The position numbers and the translations under genes were made by a program. Below the pieces are notes generated by a model that saw only the letters and a list, made by a program, of their open reading frames with translations, ran no database searches and was not told the DNA's origin. From a virus, in the IMG/VR virus record IMGVR_UViG_3300025888_000001: a stretch of 52,163 nucleotides of DNA; one strand, 5' to 3'. Positions 43,224 to 51,711 of the stretch are shown in pieces. The first letter of the stretch is position 1. Each line of letters begins with the position of its first letter.

Positions 43224-43568
43224 ATGAAACGAGAAATAAAATTCAGGTTTTGGATTGAAAAAATTAGTCGTATGGCTAATTGGGAAACAGCAAAAAAGGA
43301 ATGTGATAGACTTTCATTATTAACAATGGATGGATGGATTCCATTGCAATTTACTGGCAAAGTTGATTGTAATGGAGATGATATTTATGATGGGGACATA
43401 ATCCGTTTCGATCCGAGAGAGTGGGGAGATAATGAAACAAACATTCATAAGGTTTATTGGGATGATATTAGTGCAGAATGGAGTTTTGGAGGTGGTTCAA
43501 CTTCAGATATGGAATGGAGAACCATTATTGGTAATATTTACGAAAACCCTGAACTTATAAAATCATGA
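43224..43568 (+). CDS. YopX family protein (copy 2)
   Basis: MKREIKFRFW...QFTGKVDCNGDDIYDGDII...IGNIYENPELIK. Confidence 0.8.
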   Translation: MKREIKFRFWIEKISRMANWETAKKECDRLSLLTMDGWIPLQFTGKVDCNGDDIYDGDIIRFDPREWGDNETNIHKVYWDDISAEWSFGGGSTSDMEWRTIIGNIYENPELIKS

Positions 43569-43741
43569 AAGCAATTCAAGTCCTGACACAAGAATCAATC
43601 TATACGATTGAACGTGCAATAATGCACTTGGAAACCTATTATAATGTACTTCCATACGAGAAAACACCGGAAGTCATTGCAGACCTGAAAGCGGTTATCA
43701 AAGATGTTAAAGATGATTGCTATAAAGAATCAACTTGTTAA
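43565..43741 (+). CDS. Small hypothetical protein (58 aa)
   Basis: ATGA overlap with the YopX stop. Confidence 0.35.
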   Translation: MKAIQVLTQESIYTIERAIMHLETYYNVLPYEKTPEVIADLKAVIKDVKDDCYKESTC

Positions 43742-43751
43742 AACCTGAAAA

Positions 43752-44150
43752 ATGAAAGCATTAATTCAAGATGTGAAATTCTTAAAAGAGTTTGAATCGA
43801 AGTTCGGAACACTTTACTCATTCAAAGTTCAGTATGACGGAAGAACAGGATTCTATAATTCAAAATCAAAAGACCAAACAAAGTTTGTAATTGGCAAAGA
43901 GTCTGAGTTTACTGAAGAAACGAAAACCGGAACAAAGGGTGACTATATTGTTATCAAGCCTCCAATGCAGAACCGACAGTCAAACTTCGGGAAGGCTCTG
44001 AATAAAGAGAAATCCAGGTATTCAGGATTTGCTGTCAGTTATGCCAAAGATTTAGTCGTTGGTGGTCGGGTGCAATTATCAGAACTTTCTGACTATGCAT
44101 GGATCTTATTTGATCTTATGGTTGAAATGGATAAAACATTAGAGCAATGA
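43752..44150 (+). CDS. Hypothetical protein adjacent to the exonuclease
   Basis: 132-aa ORF with an ATGA overlap to the next gene. No motif recognised. Confidence 0.45.
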   Translation: MKALIQDVKFLKEFESKFGTLYSFKVQYDGRTGFYNSKSKDQTKFVIGKESEFTEETKTGTKGDYIVIKPPMQNRQSNFGKALNKEKSRYSGFAVSYAKDLVVGGRVQLSELSDYAWILFDLMVEMDKTLEQ

Positions 44151-44764
44151 TTATACATAATATTGATCAGCACTCAGAGGCATGGCACGAGGTACGTTGT
44201 GGACGTATCACAGGAACACGTTTTAAATCGCTTGTAGCCAAGGAAACTACCGATACATATAAAGACTTACTTACCAATATAGCGTGTGAGATAATCACTC
44301 AAAGAGCAGAAGAAACATATTCTAATGCTAATATGGAGAAAGGATTAGAAATGGAACCTATTGCCCGTATTTTTTATGAAGAAATTACCGGCAATAAAGT
44401 TAAAACAGTCGGGTTTATTTCACCTGATGAAGATACTGAATTTGAAGATTGGATCGGAATTAGTCCCGACGGATTAATAGAAGATGGCATGATTGAGATT
44501 AAATGTCCTTTGATGAAAACTCATATGGGGTATATAATGTGGAACCAATTACCTTCTGAATATCGTTATCAGGTGCAAGGTCAATTGTTTGTAACTGGAT
44601 TAAAGTTTTGTGACTTTATGTCATTTGTTGAAGACATGAAACCCTTTATCATCAGGGTTTATCCTGAACCAGAACTCTTTACGTTTTTTGAACAAAGATT
44701 AAGAATTGCAATTCCGCAGGTAAAAGAATTATTAAACCAATATCACAAATACGATTATGAGTAA
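44147..44764 (+). CDS. YqaJ-like / lambda-exonuclease-type PD-(D/E)xK recombination exonuclease
   Basis: SEAWHEVRCGRITGTRFKSL, ISPDGLI, MIEIKCP. Confidence 0.7.
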   Translation: MIIHNIDQHSEAWHEVRCGRITGTRFKSLVAKETTDTYKDLLTNIACEIITQRAEETYSNANMEKGLEMEPIARIFYEEITGNKVKTVGFISPDEDTEFEDWIGISPDGLIEDGMIEIKCPLMKTHMGYIMWNQLPSEYRYQVQGQLFVTGLKFCDFMSFVEDMKPFIIRVYPEPELFTFFEQRLRIAIPQVKELLNQYHKYDYE

Positions 44765-45020
44765 ATTAATCACAGCATCAATCAACTTAAAGAAAGTTGA
44801 TCAATCACTTCTGATACCTGGCGAAAAAGGAAAATATCTGAATCTCACTATCTGGGTCAATGACGAACCCGATAAATATGGTAATGATGTCACTGTTGAG
44901 CAGAGAGTCGAAAAGGGCAGAGACAAAATCTATCTGGGTAATGGTCGGCAGTTCAAACAGAGTGAACAACCAGTTCCAAATGCAGTCATTCCAGAAAACG
45001 AAGATGATATGTTCAAATGA
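44757..45020 (+). CDS. Hypothetical protein (possible ssDNA-binding partner of the exonuclease)
   Basis: Assigned by position only. KGKYLNLTIWVNDEPDKYGND looks OB-like but is unverified. Confidence 0.3.
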   Translation: MSKLITASINLKKVDQSLLIPGEKGKYLNLTIWVNDEPDKYGNDVTVEQRVEKGRDKIYLGNGRQFKQSEQPVPNAVIPENEDDMFK

Positions 45021-45379
45021 AAACCGAGGCTCAGGAAATACAGAACTATTTGGATATAACAGTTTCAAGCGATCCGGCTGAATTGGTTAGTCGGATCTCT
45101 ATACTGATGACTTATATGTCACGTTCAGGCGAAATGCTTGCAAAAGCTAAAAGAGAATTAAGAAATAAAAAAACTACCGAGATCAGTAAAACAATACTAA
45201 AAATCGCTAAAGAGAATTGTCTGTCTGCTACGGTTCAGAATGCACTATTAGATTCTATTTGTGAGGAAGAGGCTTTTATGGTTGATTGGCTTGAACGGAT
45301 TAACCGGACTTGTACTCATCAGATTGATGGTTTACGAAGTCTACTATCCTATGAAAAAGAACAAATGAGATTACAATAA
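45017..45379 (+). CDS. Hypothetical protein
   Basis: 120-aa ORF with an ATGA overlap. Confidence 0.45.
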   Translation: MKTEAQEIQNYLDITVSSDPAELVSRISILMTYMSRSGEMLAKAKRELRNKKTTEISKTILKIAKENCLSATVQNALLDSICEEEAFMVDWLERINRTCTHQIDGLRSLLSYEKEQMRLQ

Positions 45380-45478
45380 AACTATTATGATTCGCAAACT
45401 GAAAAAATCAATCCGGAGAATTGCAAAGAGAATTTGCCCGATGATAACAGCAATTTATTACGCTTCAAAATCACTATA

Positions 45479-45799
45479 ATGAGTACAAAAAACGATCCTA
45501 GACATATTCCATCTCCATTTAAAGTGAATGATAGAGTAAAAGTATTTGATGGCGATGAGTGGCTTCATTGTGGTGACATTGGAGATAATTCTTGTTATTA
45601 TAAGCCAGCAACTATCACGAAAGTCAGAAAAGAGAAAGAATCGCCCCATGAATGGCTTGCAGATGTATTGTTTGATTATGGACAACAGAGTAACGGACAT
45701 TTTCAATCCGGTATAAAATTACTTATGGAAGATCCCGACAATGAATTTTCCCCGGAGAACATTGAGGAAATCAGAGTAATAACGAATACAATATTTTGA
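45479..45799 (+). CDS. Hypothetical protein
   Basis: The ATG at 45479 is preferred over the TTG at 45434. Confidence 0.45.
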   Translation: MSTKNDPRHIPSPFKVNDRVKVFDGDEWLHCGDIGDNSCYYKPATITKVRKEKESPHEWLADVLFDYGQQSNGHFQSGIKLLMEDPDNEFSPENIEEIRVITNTIF

Positions 45800-45800
45800 G

Positions 45801-46079
45801 ATGAGTAATAAAAGCAATATCCTGGCATTAATGGCAGCAACTTCACTAATGATAGGCTCAATGAGTGATGACGATGTTCGTTTAATGAGAGAAAAAGAAG
45901 AGAATAAACGACCGCTAGAACCTCATCAAAAGCCAATACCGAAAGGAATGAAACTTTATTTCTTCAATATAGAAGGTGAATATTCAACAGATCACATGCT
46001 TAAAACTGATGTGGTATTTGAGTGTTTTGCAATTAACGATAAAAATGCTATTAAGAAATTTAATAAAAAGAAACGGTAA
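45801..46079 (+). CDS. Hypothetical protein
   Basis: 92-aa ORF. Confidence 0.45.
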   Translation: MSNKSNILALMAATSLMIGSMSDDDVRLMREKEENKRPLEPHQKPIPKGMKLYFFNIEGEYSTDHMLKTDVVFECFAINDKNAIKKFNKKKR

Positions 46080-46211
46080 TGAGAAACAACCGGGAATATC
46101 AAATTTATTATTATCTTTGGAGGGAGATAGTCAGGGGTCATGTCCTGATGAAAGGGTAACCAGAACGCCTTTCTCCTTCCATTTGTTCTGGTAAATTAAA
46201 ATAAACTGGTT

Positions 46212-46679
46212 ATGAAACTTATTAAACTTACGCAAGGTAAATTCGCTCGGGTAGATAATTCTGATTTTAACAGGGTGAATCAATTCAAATGGTGTGCTAA
46301 TAAATATAAAAATACTTATTATGCCGTTAGGGTAGTTGGAAAACAAACAATATATATGCATCGTTTTATTATGGAAACGCCTGATGATAAAGAGGTAAAT
46401 CATTGGGATTTTAATGGATTAAATTGTCAGAGAAGCAATATGATGAATTGCACTCATCAACAAAATTTATGGAACCAACCACCAAGAGGAAAATCAAAAT
46501 ATCTAGGTGTTTCCTGGTTTGAAAGAGATAAGAAATGGACGGGTAGAATAAGAATAAATGGGATAGCGAAAAATTTAGGTTATTTTAATACAGAAATTGA
46601 AGCTGCTATTGCAAGAGATAAGGCGGCAATATTATATCATAAAGAATTTGCAAAACTTAATTTTATAAAAAATGCGTAA
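46212..46679 (+). CDS. HNH-AP2 homing endonuclease (copy 2)
   Basis: VNHWDFNGLNCQRSNM... plus YLGVSW...NLGYFNTEIEAAIARDKAAILYHKEFAKLNF. The first ~40 nt are nearly identical to the copy at 51708. Confidence 0.8.
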   Translation: MKLIKLTQGKFARVDNSDFNRVNQFKWCANKYKNTYYAVRVVGKQTIYMHRFIMETPDDKEVNHWDFNGLNCQRSNMMNCTHQQNLWNQPPRGKSKYLGVSWFERDKKWTGRIRINGIAKNLGYFNTEIEAAIARDKAAILYHKEFAKLNFIKNA

Positions 46680-47076
46680 TAATCGAGAGTATGTTATCTG
46701 TAAAGACATTGCTATTTACATGCGGCTGCAATACCCGAAAGTTCTATTTCATTTTGATTTGGCAGGACTTAATCTTTCGCGTGCTCAGGCTGGCATGATG
46801 AAAGCAATCCAGGGAAGCAGGGGTTGGCCGGACTTGTTCATTGCTAAATTAAAATATGAAGACTTAGGTAATAACGAAGCTGTTGTCTGGCAGGGATTGT
46901 TTATTGAACTTAAAAAAGAAGGTGAAAAAATATATAGAAAAAATGGTATTCATTTTACACCGCATATTAAAGAACAATCTGAAATGCTATTCAAATTAAG
47001 GGAGTCTGGATATAAAGCAGACTTTGGGATTGGATTTGACGCCTGTAAAAGATTAATCGACGAATACTTAAAATAG
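46672..47076 (+). CDS. VRR-NUC-like PD-(D/E)xK nuclease
   Basis: GWPDLFI ... GLFIELKKEG (D...E.K arrangement). Confidence 0.45.
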   Translation: MRNNREYVICKDIAIYMRLQYPKVLFHFDLAGLNLSRAQAGMMKAIQGSRGWPDLFIAKLKYEDLGNNEAVVWQGLFIELKKEGEKIYRKNGIHFTPHIKEQSEMLFKLRESGYKADFGIGFDACKRLIDEYLK

Positions 47077-47103
47077 TTCTTTTAAGCAGTAAAATATTGT
47101 AGT

Positions 47104-47625
47104 ATGTCATTTGAAAAAGGAAACGGCAAAGACGGTAATCATTACTGGTTAACTCCTCCTGATTTATTTGAACAGTTAAATCTTGAATTTGATTTTGACT
47201 TCGATCCATGTCCATTTCCTAAACCTGAATATTTTGATGGATTGAAATGCGATTGGGGTGAATCTAATTATGTCAATCCTCCCTTTGGTTCATATACCGA
47301 CGAAACAGACAATAAAAAGAAAGGTCCAACGGCATGGGCAAATAAGGCAATAAAGGAATTTGAGAAAGGGAAAAGGGTTGTTTTTGTTTACCCTATTGAT
47401 AAATGGGTTTTAAAGATGTTAGAGGCCGGGGCCAAAGTCAGAAATTTAAAAGATGTTCATTGGTATTCTACTGAGGACGGAATAAGAGGGCCTGGAACAG
47501 GACGACATGTAGCTTGCTTTATTTTGAATCCAAAAAACTTTCAAAAAACAACTGATAAAAGAATCAATAATCTCACTGATATTCAGGAACTACAAAACAA
47601 TAATGAACAGAAAAAATTATTTTAA
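47104..47625 (+). CDS. Phage-type DNA N6-adenine methyltransferase (Dam, PF05869-like)
   Basis: YWLTPPDLFEQLNLEFDFDFDPC ... NYVNPPFG ... WANKA. Confidence 0.6.
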   Translation: MSFEKGNGKDGNHYWLTPPDLFEQLNLEFDFDFDPCPFPKPEYFDGLKCDWGESNYVNPPFGSYTDETDNKKKGPTAWANKAIKEFEKGKRVVFVYPIDKWVLKMLEAGAKVRNLKDVHWYSTEDGIRGPGTGRHVACFILNPKNFQKTTDKRINNLTDIQELQNNNEQKKLF

Positions 47626-47637
47626 ATAATTTACTAA

Positions 47638-47820
47638 AGGCGCGCTCTAGGTATTAATAATCAGCCTAAAAGCAGCATTCAACGTGCTATGACGGATTTA
47701 ACGACGATGGATTACTTGGAGAAACTTGACGGTAAAGAGCGGATTGATGGTAGTAAAAAGCCATTTGTTCAAAGACCTGGCGAATGGAAGGAAAATTGCT
47801 TCGCCTGGATTTTGAAATAA
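47638..47820 (+). pseudogene. Possible 5'-truncated remnant of a winged-helix DNA-binding gene
   Basis: Frame is open from 47638 with no ATG until 47689. ALGINNQPKSSIQRAMTDLTTMDYLEK looks like an HTH recognition helix plus wing. Confidence 0.25.
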
Positions 47821-47843
47821 TTACACTTTTTAATATTTGAAAT

Positions 47844-48245
47844 ATGGAAACACAAGAGAAATCAAATGAACTTTATTGTGAAGGGGGGAAATTATCTCCT
47901 GATTGGAATGGTATTATTGATGAACTTAAAGCCGAGGTAACAACAATAGAAATCCTTTTGAAAAGAAAAATAATTATTCAAGATGGGGAATTTGAAGGAA
48001 ATCCAATTTACTTATTTACTGAGGATTTTTGTCTTTCTGATTTAATTCAAGCAATAGAAGAATTTCATCATGAAAAGATGAAAGAATGGGATAAATTAAG
48101 TCCTTCCGATAGAATAAGCGATTATTTTAAAAGAAATAAAAGCGTAGCACATACAGAAATGAATATAGACGATGTTCATGATTTAGAAGATCATGAAATA
48201 CATGATGCTATTAATGAAGATAGAAGAAATGGCGAAATTGAATAA
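47844..48245 (+). CDS. Hypothetical acidic protein
   Basis: 133-aa ORF abutting the next start. Confidence 0.5.
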   Translation: METQEKSNELYCEGGKLSPDWNGIIDELKAEVTTIEILLKRKIIIQDGEFEGNPIYLFTEDFCLSDLIQAIEEFHHEKMKEWDKLSPSDRISDYFKRNKSVAHTEMNIDDVHDLEDHEIHDAINEDRRNGEIE

Positions 48246-48917
48246 ATGATAAAGTTGCTTAACATTGATTGCATGGATTATATGTCAGAAATATCTGATA
48301 AATATTTTGATTTGGCAATAGTCGACCCGCCATATGGAATAGGAGAGGGGAATAAGAAAAACAAAACACGAAGTTCTTATACTGGGTTTGGTGATAATAA
48401 AAAATGGGTAAAAGCAAAAGATTACGGAGGTGGAGAATTTGATAATAATATTCCTAATGGAAATTACTTTTCAGAATTGTTTAGAATTTCAAAAAATCAG
48501 ATTATATGGGGTGCTAATTATATGGTAAATTATTTACCTCCTTCAATGGCATGGATTGTATGGGATAAAGATAATGGTGACTCAGATCAGAGTGATTGTG
48601 AACTTGCATATACTTCGTTTAAAACAGGATTAAGGAAATTTACTTTTAGATGGCAGGGATTACTCCAGCAAAACATGAAGGATAAAGAAACCCGCATTCA
48701 TCCCACTCAGAAGCCCGTACAACTTTATAAATGGCTTTTAAAGAACTATGCAAAGGAAGGTGATACAATATTCGATTCTCATTTAGGTTCTGGCTCTAGT
48801 CGAATAGCATGTTATGAGGGGGGCTTCGATTTTGTCGGGACTGAACTTGATAAAGAGTATTTTGATGCTTCAGTAAAACGGTTTGAGAATTATAAACTAC
48901 AATTAAAATTATTTTAA
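48246..48917 (+). CDS. DNA methyltransferase, N6_N4_Mtase family (beta class)
   Basis: FDLAIVDPPYGIG ... HPTQKPVQLYKWLL ... GDTIFDSHLGSGSS. Confidence 0.8.
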   Translation: MIKLLNIDCMDYMSEISDKYFDLAIVDPPYGIGEGNKKNKTRSSYTGFGDNKKWVKAKDYGGGEFDNNIPNGNYFSELFRISKNQIIWGANYMVNYLPPSMAWIVWDKDNGDSDQSDCELAYTSFKTGLRKFTFRWQGLLQQNMKDKETRIHPTQKPVQLYKWLLKNYAKEGDTIFDSHLGSGSSRIACYEGGFDFVGTELDKEYFDASVKRFENYKLQLKLF

Positions 48918-48960
48918 TTTCCCCCTCCTATTGCATTTGTGGTTTGGAATGAATAATAAA

Positions 48961-48992
48961 TTTGCAGGTTAAATAAATAGTTTTTATATTTG
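48961..48992 (+). promoter_or_regulatory. Bacteroidota-type promoter (TTTG -33 box, 20-nt spacer, TAtaTTTG -7 box)
   Basis: TTTG at 48961-48964 and TATATTTG at 48985-48992. Matches the TTTG-N19-21-TAnnTTTG consensus. Confidence 0.55.
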
Positions 48993-48999
48993 TGTCGTA

Positions 49000-49108
49000 A
49001 TACGTGTGATATGAAAATTAATTTTGACATTAATTTAAGATACTGCCTCCGGGTAGAAGATTTGCAGGTAAGGTTTCGGTCACACGTTCCTTCCTGCATT
49101 TTCTTTTT
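49000..49108 (+). ncRNA. Candidate small RNA of about 105 nt (from promoter to intrinsic terminator)
   Basis: Bounded by the promoter above and the terminator at 49063-49108. The only ORF (49011..49130, 39 aa) runs through the terminator. Confidence 0.35.
49063..49108 (+). terminator. Intrinsic terminator
   Basis: tgcaggtaagg / 15-nt loop / ccttcctgca (one bulge) followed by ttttcttttt. Confidence 0.55.
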
Positions 49109-49224
49109 CCGGGGGCTTCATATTTACTGACAGTCTTAATTTACTTCAGTAAGTCAAAGCTGAATATCAAACGACATTACCATTAAAACGGACGCTTTTA
49201 AGCAGATGTGAATGTTACTACGAG

Positions 49225-49250
49225 ACGACGACTAACGACGACCGACGACG
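49225..49250. repeat. Three tandem CGACGAC units (GC-rich island in AT-rich DNA)
   Basis: acgacgac ta acgacgac cgacgacg, read directly. Confidence 0.8.
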
Positions 49251-49353
49251 GAATGACAGAGAATAATTAAACTCAAAAAATCTTTTTACTCTTTTTTCTA
49301 TTTAATTATTAATACTTTATGGGGGAAAGGGGGTTCTTTTACTCTGTCATTCC
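49250..49353. repeat. Perfect 12-bp inverted repeat flanking an 80-nt AT-rich spacer
   Basis: ggaatgacagag (49250-49261) and ctctgtcattcc (49342-49353). Confidence 0.85.
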
Positions 49354-49354
49354 A

Positions 49355-49381
49355 GAGTTGAGAGTTGAAGATCTGAGTTAA
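49355..49381. repeat. GAGTTGA GAGTTGA ... GAGTTAA short direct repeats
   Basis: Copies at 49355, 49362 and 49375. Confidence 0.7.
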
Positions 49382-49422
49382 GTTTACTGGTTTACGGAAA
49401 TTGTGCCTTAAAATGTAGAAAA

Positions 49423-49725
49423 ATGGCTAAAAATGATGAAAATTCCCGAAGTGAAGATTCTGAATATTTTCACCAAATGAGAGAACGTCAACAGAAAGTT
49501 AACAAACAAATGAGAGAAGATCGAGTTAAGTCAATATTTGCTCACATAGTTGATTTAAAAGAGTCCGGTATTGAATCTTTCAAGTTAAATGACTATCAGT
49601 ATCGGTTTGTTAAAGAAGGGCACAAAATTGACTATTACCCCACCTCTGGCAAATATCATGATATTACTCTAAATAAAAGAGGTATGATTCCGGCATTCAA
49701 ACTGATTACGCTATTTAAAGAATAG
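49423..49725 (+). CDS. Hypothetical protein
   Basis: 100-aa ORF, the first gene after the 505-bp non-coding region. Confidence 0.5.
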   Translation: MAKNDENSRSEDSEYFHQMRERQQKVNKQMREDRVKSIFAHIVDLKESGIESFKLNDYQYRFVKEGHKIDYYPTSGKYHDITLNKRGMIPAFKLITLFKE

Positions 49726-49767
49726 TCTTCACGGGTTAAAAGGGTTACTATCTAATAATGTGAAAAT

Positions 49768-49953
49768 ATGAAAACACAAAAGCTGGTTATCGAAAAATTG
49801 AAAGAAATATTAAAATACGAAAGGGATTGTAAAGTTGGACTTCGGACATACTATCCCGCAACGATGAAGAAACTTGAATCTGAACTCACCGCTCTTGAAT
49901 CCTCAATTGAGCAGGATAAGAAAACGGAAGCGCAAATTAAGAAAGAAGATTAA
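49768..49953 (+). CDS. Hypothetical protein
   Basis: 61-aa ORF with a TAATG overlap. Confidence 0.4.
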   Translation: MKTQKLVIEKLKEILKYERDCKVGLRTYYPATMKKLESELTALESSIEQDKKTEAQIKKED

Positions 49954-50783
49954 TGGATAAATTATTAATTAGTTTTTCAGGAGGCAGAACATCAGCATAT
50001 ATGATGAAATGGTGTTTAGAAAACTTATCTGATCAATACCAGATGATTGTTGTTTTTGCGAATACAGGAAAGGAAGTCGAAGGGACATTGAAGTTTGTTT
50101 TGGATTGTAGTATCAAATGGGATATAAATATTAGAACAGTTGAAGCAATCCCAATATCAGAAAAAGGTTGGCAAGTGGGTTTTAAGGAGGTTGATTTTAA
50201 TACGGAATCACGCAACGGCGAACCATTTGAGGCAATGATTTCCAAATTAGGCATTCCGACTACAAACGCTCCATTTTGTTCTGACCAGTTAAAAAGAAAA
50301 GCTATTGAAGCGTTTATGAAAAGTATTGGATGGGAAAAATATCATAAAGCAATAGGTATCAGAGTTGATGAAATAGATAGAGTAAACCCAAAATATAAAG
50401 AGAAACGAATTATATATCCGTTAGTTTCAAATATTCCAACAATCAAAAAAACGATAACTGAATGGTGGAAAAATCAATCTTTTGATTTAGAAATAGACCC
50501 CGACTTGGGTAATTGCGATAACTGTTGGAAAAAAGATTTAAAAAGACTTGTACGAAACGCAAAGAATTATCCCGATACTTTTAACTGGTGGCAGGAAATG
50601 ACAAATAAATACGGAACATTAAATCCCAGAAATTCAAAACTCAAACCACCATTTAACTTTTATCGAGGCAATAAATCACCAAAAGACATATTTAAACTCG
50701 CTGAATTATCGGAATTAGATTTGAGTTTATTTACTCGAAAAGATAGATTAAATGGATGTTCTGAAAGTTGCGAAGTATTTTAG
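49953..50783 (+). CDS. PP-loop ATP-pyrophosphatase superfamily protein (PAPS reductase-like)
   Basis: [13 protein letters not shown] (SGGxxS PP-loop), [18 protein letters not shown]-terminal GNCDNCWKK and GCSESC. Confidence 0.55.
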   Translation: MDKLLISFSGGRTSAYMMKWCLENLSDQYQMIVVFANTGKEVEGTLKFVLDCSIKWDINIRTVEAIPISEKGWQVGFKEVDFNTESRNGEPFEAMISKLGIPTTNAPFCSDQLKRKAIEAFMKSIGWEKYHKAIGIRVDEIDRVNPKYKEKRIIYPLVSNIPTIKKTITEWWKNQSFDLEIDPDLGNCDNCWKKDLKRLVRNAKNYPDTFNWWQEMTNKYGTLNPRNSKLKPPFNFYRGNKSPKDIFKLAELSELDLSLFTRKDRLNGCSESCEVF

Positions 50784-50785
50784 TT

Positions 50786-51415
50786 ATGAAAAAATCTTTT
50801 GCCTTTGAATTTGAAGCCTATTTAGCCGGAACCGCTTTTTTAAACAAAAGGGAAAAGGGTTGTTATGTTGAATTACTTTGTTATCAGGCCAGCAAAGGAC
50901 ATTTATCAATGGAGATGATTAAAGACATATTAAATGGAGATTTTGAAGAATGCTGGCCAAGAATAAAGAGCAAATTCACTGAGGAAAATGAATTGTGGTA
51001 TAACAAGAAACTCGAATCTGTTAAATCTGGAAAGCATAAAAAAACCTGTGAGGAAATTGCAATTGATAAAGCAAAACTTGATCAATTATTAAAGGATAAG
51101 AAACAGAAGTTTTATGATGACTGCAAACCGTGGCTTGCGAAATACCCAAAAGACATGCTCAGACGTTTTTATAACTATTGGACCGAGATGAATAAATCCG
51201 GAACTAAATTAAGATTTGAACTCCAGCAGACATTTGAAATAGGCAAGCGACTTGCAACGTGGGCATCAAAAGACAAAGATTTTAAAGATTCCAGACCAAA
51301 GACCTATGAAGAAATGTTAAAACTTGCTCAGAAGAATCCCGATATCTGGAAATCTTATAAAGCCATTAAACGAGAAGGTGAACGTAAAGCAGTATTTGAA
51401 TTAATTAATCAATAA
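50786..51415 (+). CDS. DUF1376 (YdaU-like) replication-associated protein
   Basis: FEFEAYLAGTAFLNKREKGCYVELLCYQASKGHLS resembles the DUF1376 N-terminal pattern. Start taken at the ATG at 50786. Confidence 0.45.
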   Translation: MKKSFAFEFEAYLAGTAFLNKREKGCYVELLCYQASKGHLSMEMIKDILNGDFEECWPRIKSKFTEENELWYNKKLESVKSGKHKKTCEEIAIDKAKLDQLLKDKKQKFYDDCKPWLAKYPKDMLRRFYNYWTEMNKSGTKLRFELQQTFEIGKRLATWASKDKDFKDSRPKTYEEMLKLAQKNPDIWKSYKAIKREGERKAVFELINQ

Positions 51416-51426
51416 AACCTAATAAT

Positions 51427-51549
51427 ATGACACTCACACCAGAACTAATAATTCGCACAGTTTCCGACTATTTTGGTCAATCTATTGAAATGGTTGTATC
51501 AGGATGTCAGAAAAAAGAATATGTTAAATGCAGAATTTATTTTAATTGA
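51427..51549 (+). pseudogene. Truncated DnaA domain IV-like fragment (40 codons), a paralog of the N-terminal half of the domain in 147..683
   Basis: PELIIRTVSDYFGQSIEMVVSGCQKKEYVKCRIYF parallels INLITILARVSELSGIPVEVLKLNTRKRDVVEARHIFF and stops before the HTH. Confidence 0.4.
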
Positions 51550-51606
51550 ACATTAGTTTGTTTATTCAAAATATTTCATATCTTTGTTACAGCTATTAAC
51601 TACATC

Positions 51607-51711
51607 ATGAATCAATCAGAAATTATAACGGCTCCAAAAGCAAATGCAATTATCCCTTCGGGTGTAGTTGATAGCTCATTTGCTTGCGGAGCTTTATATA
51701 TTTTATCATGA
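51607..51711 (+). CDS. Small hypothetical ORF (34 aa) overlapping the HNH-AP2 start
   Basis: ATGA overlap with the ATG at 51708. Coding status is uncertain. Confidence 0.2.
   Translation: MNQSEIITAPKANAIIPSGVVDSSFACGALYILS

Noticed and set aside
46157-46192. An 8-bp inverted repeat (accagaac...gttctggt) upstream of HNH-AP2 copy 2, as a terminator or regulatory element.
   Set aside because: No T-run follows it, the stem is short with a 20-nt loop, and nothing similar lies upstream of the other HNH-AP2 copies.
49011-49130. A 39-aa ORF downstream of the strong promoter.
   Set aside because: It reads through the predicted intrinsic terminator and has no recognisable features. The sRNA interpretation is preferred, though a leader peptide cannot be excluded.
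51550-51707. A group I intron hosting the HNH-AP2 gene and splitting a DnaA_C-like gene.
   Set aside because: The spacer has small hairpins (gcaaatg...catttgc, cccttcggg). However, the downstream gene at 147-683 already contains a complete domain with its own N-terminal half, so the exons would not join sensibly. I cannot identify P3-P8 core pairings by eye.
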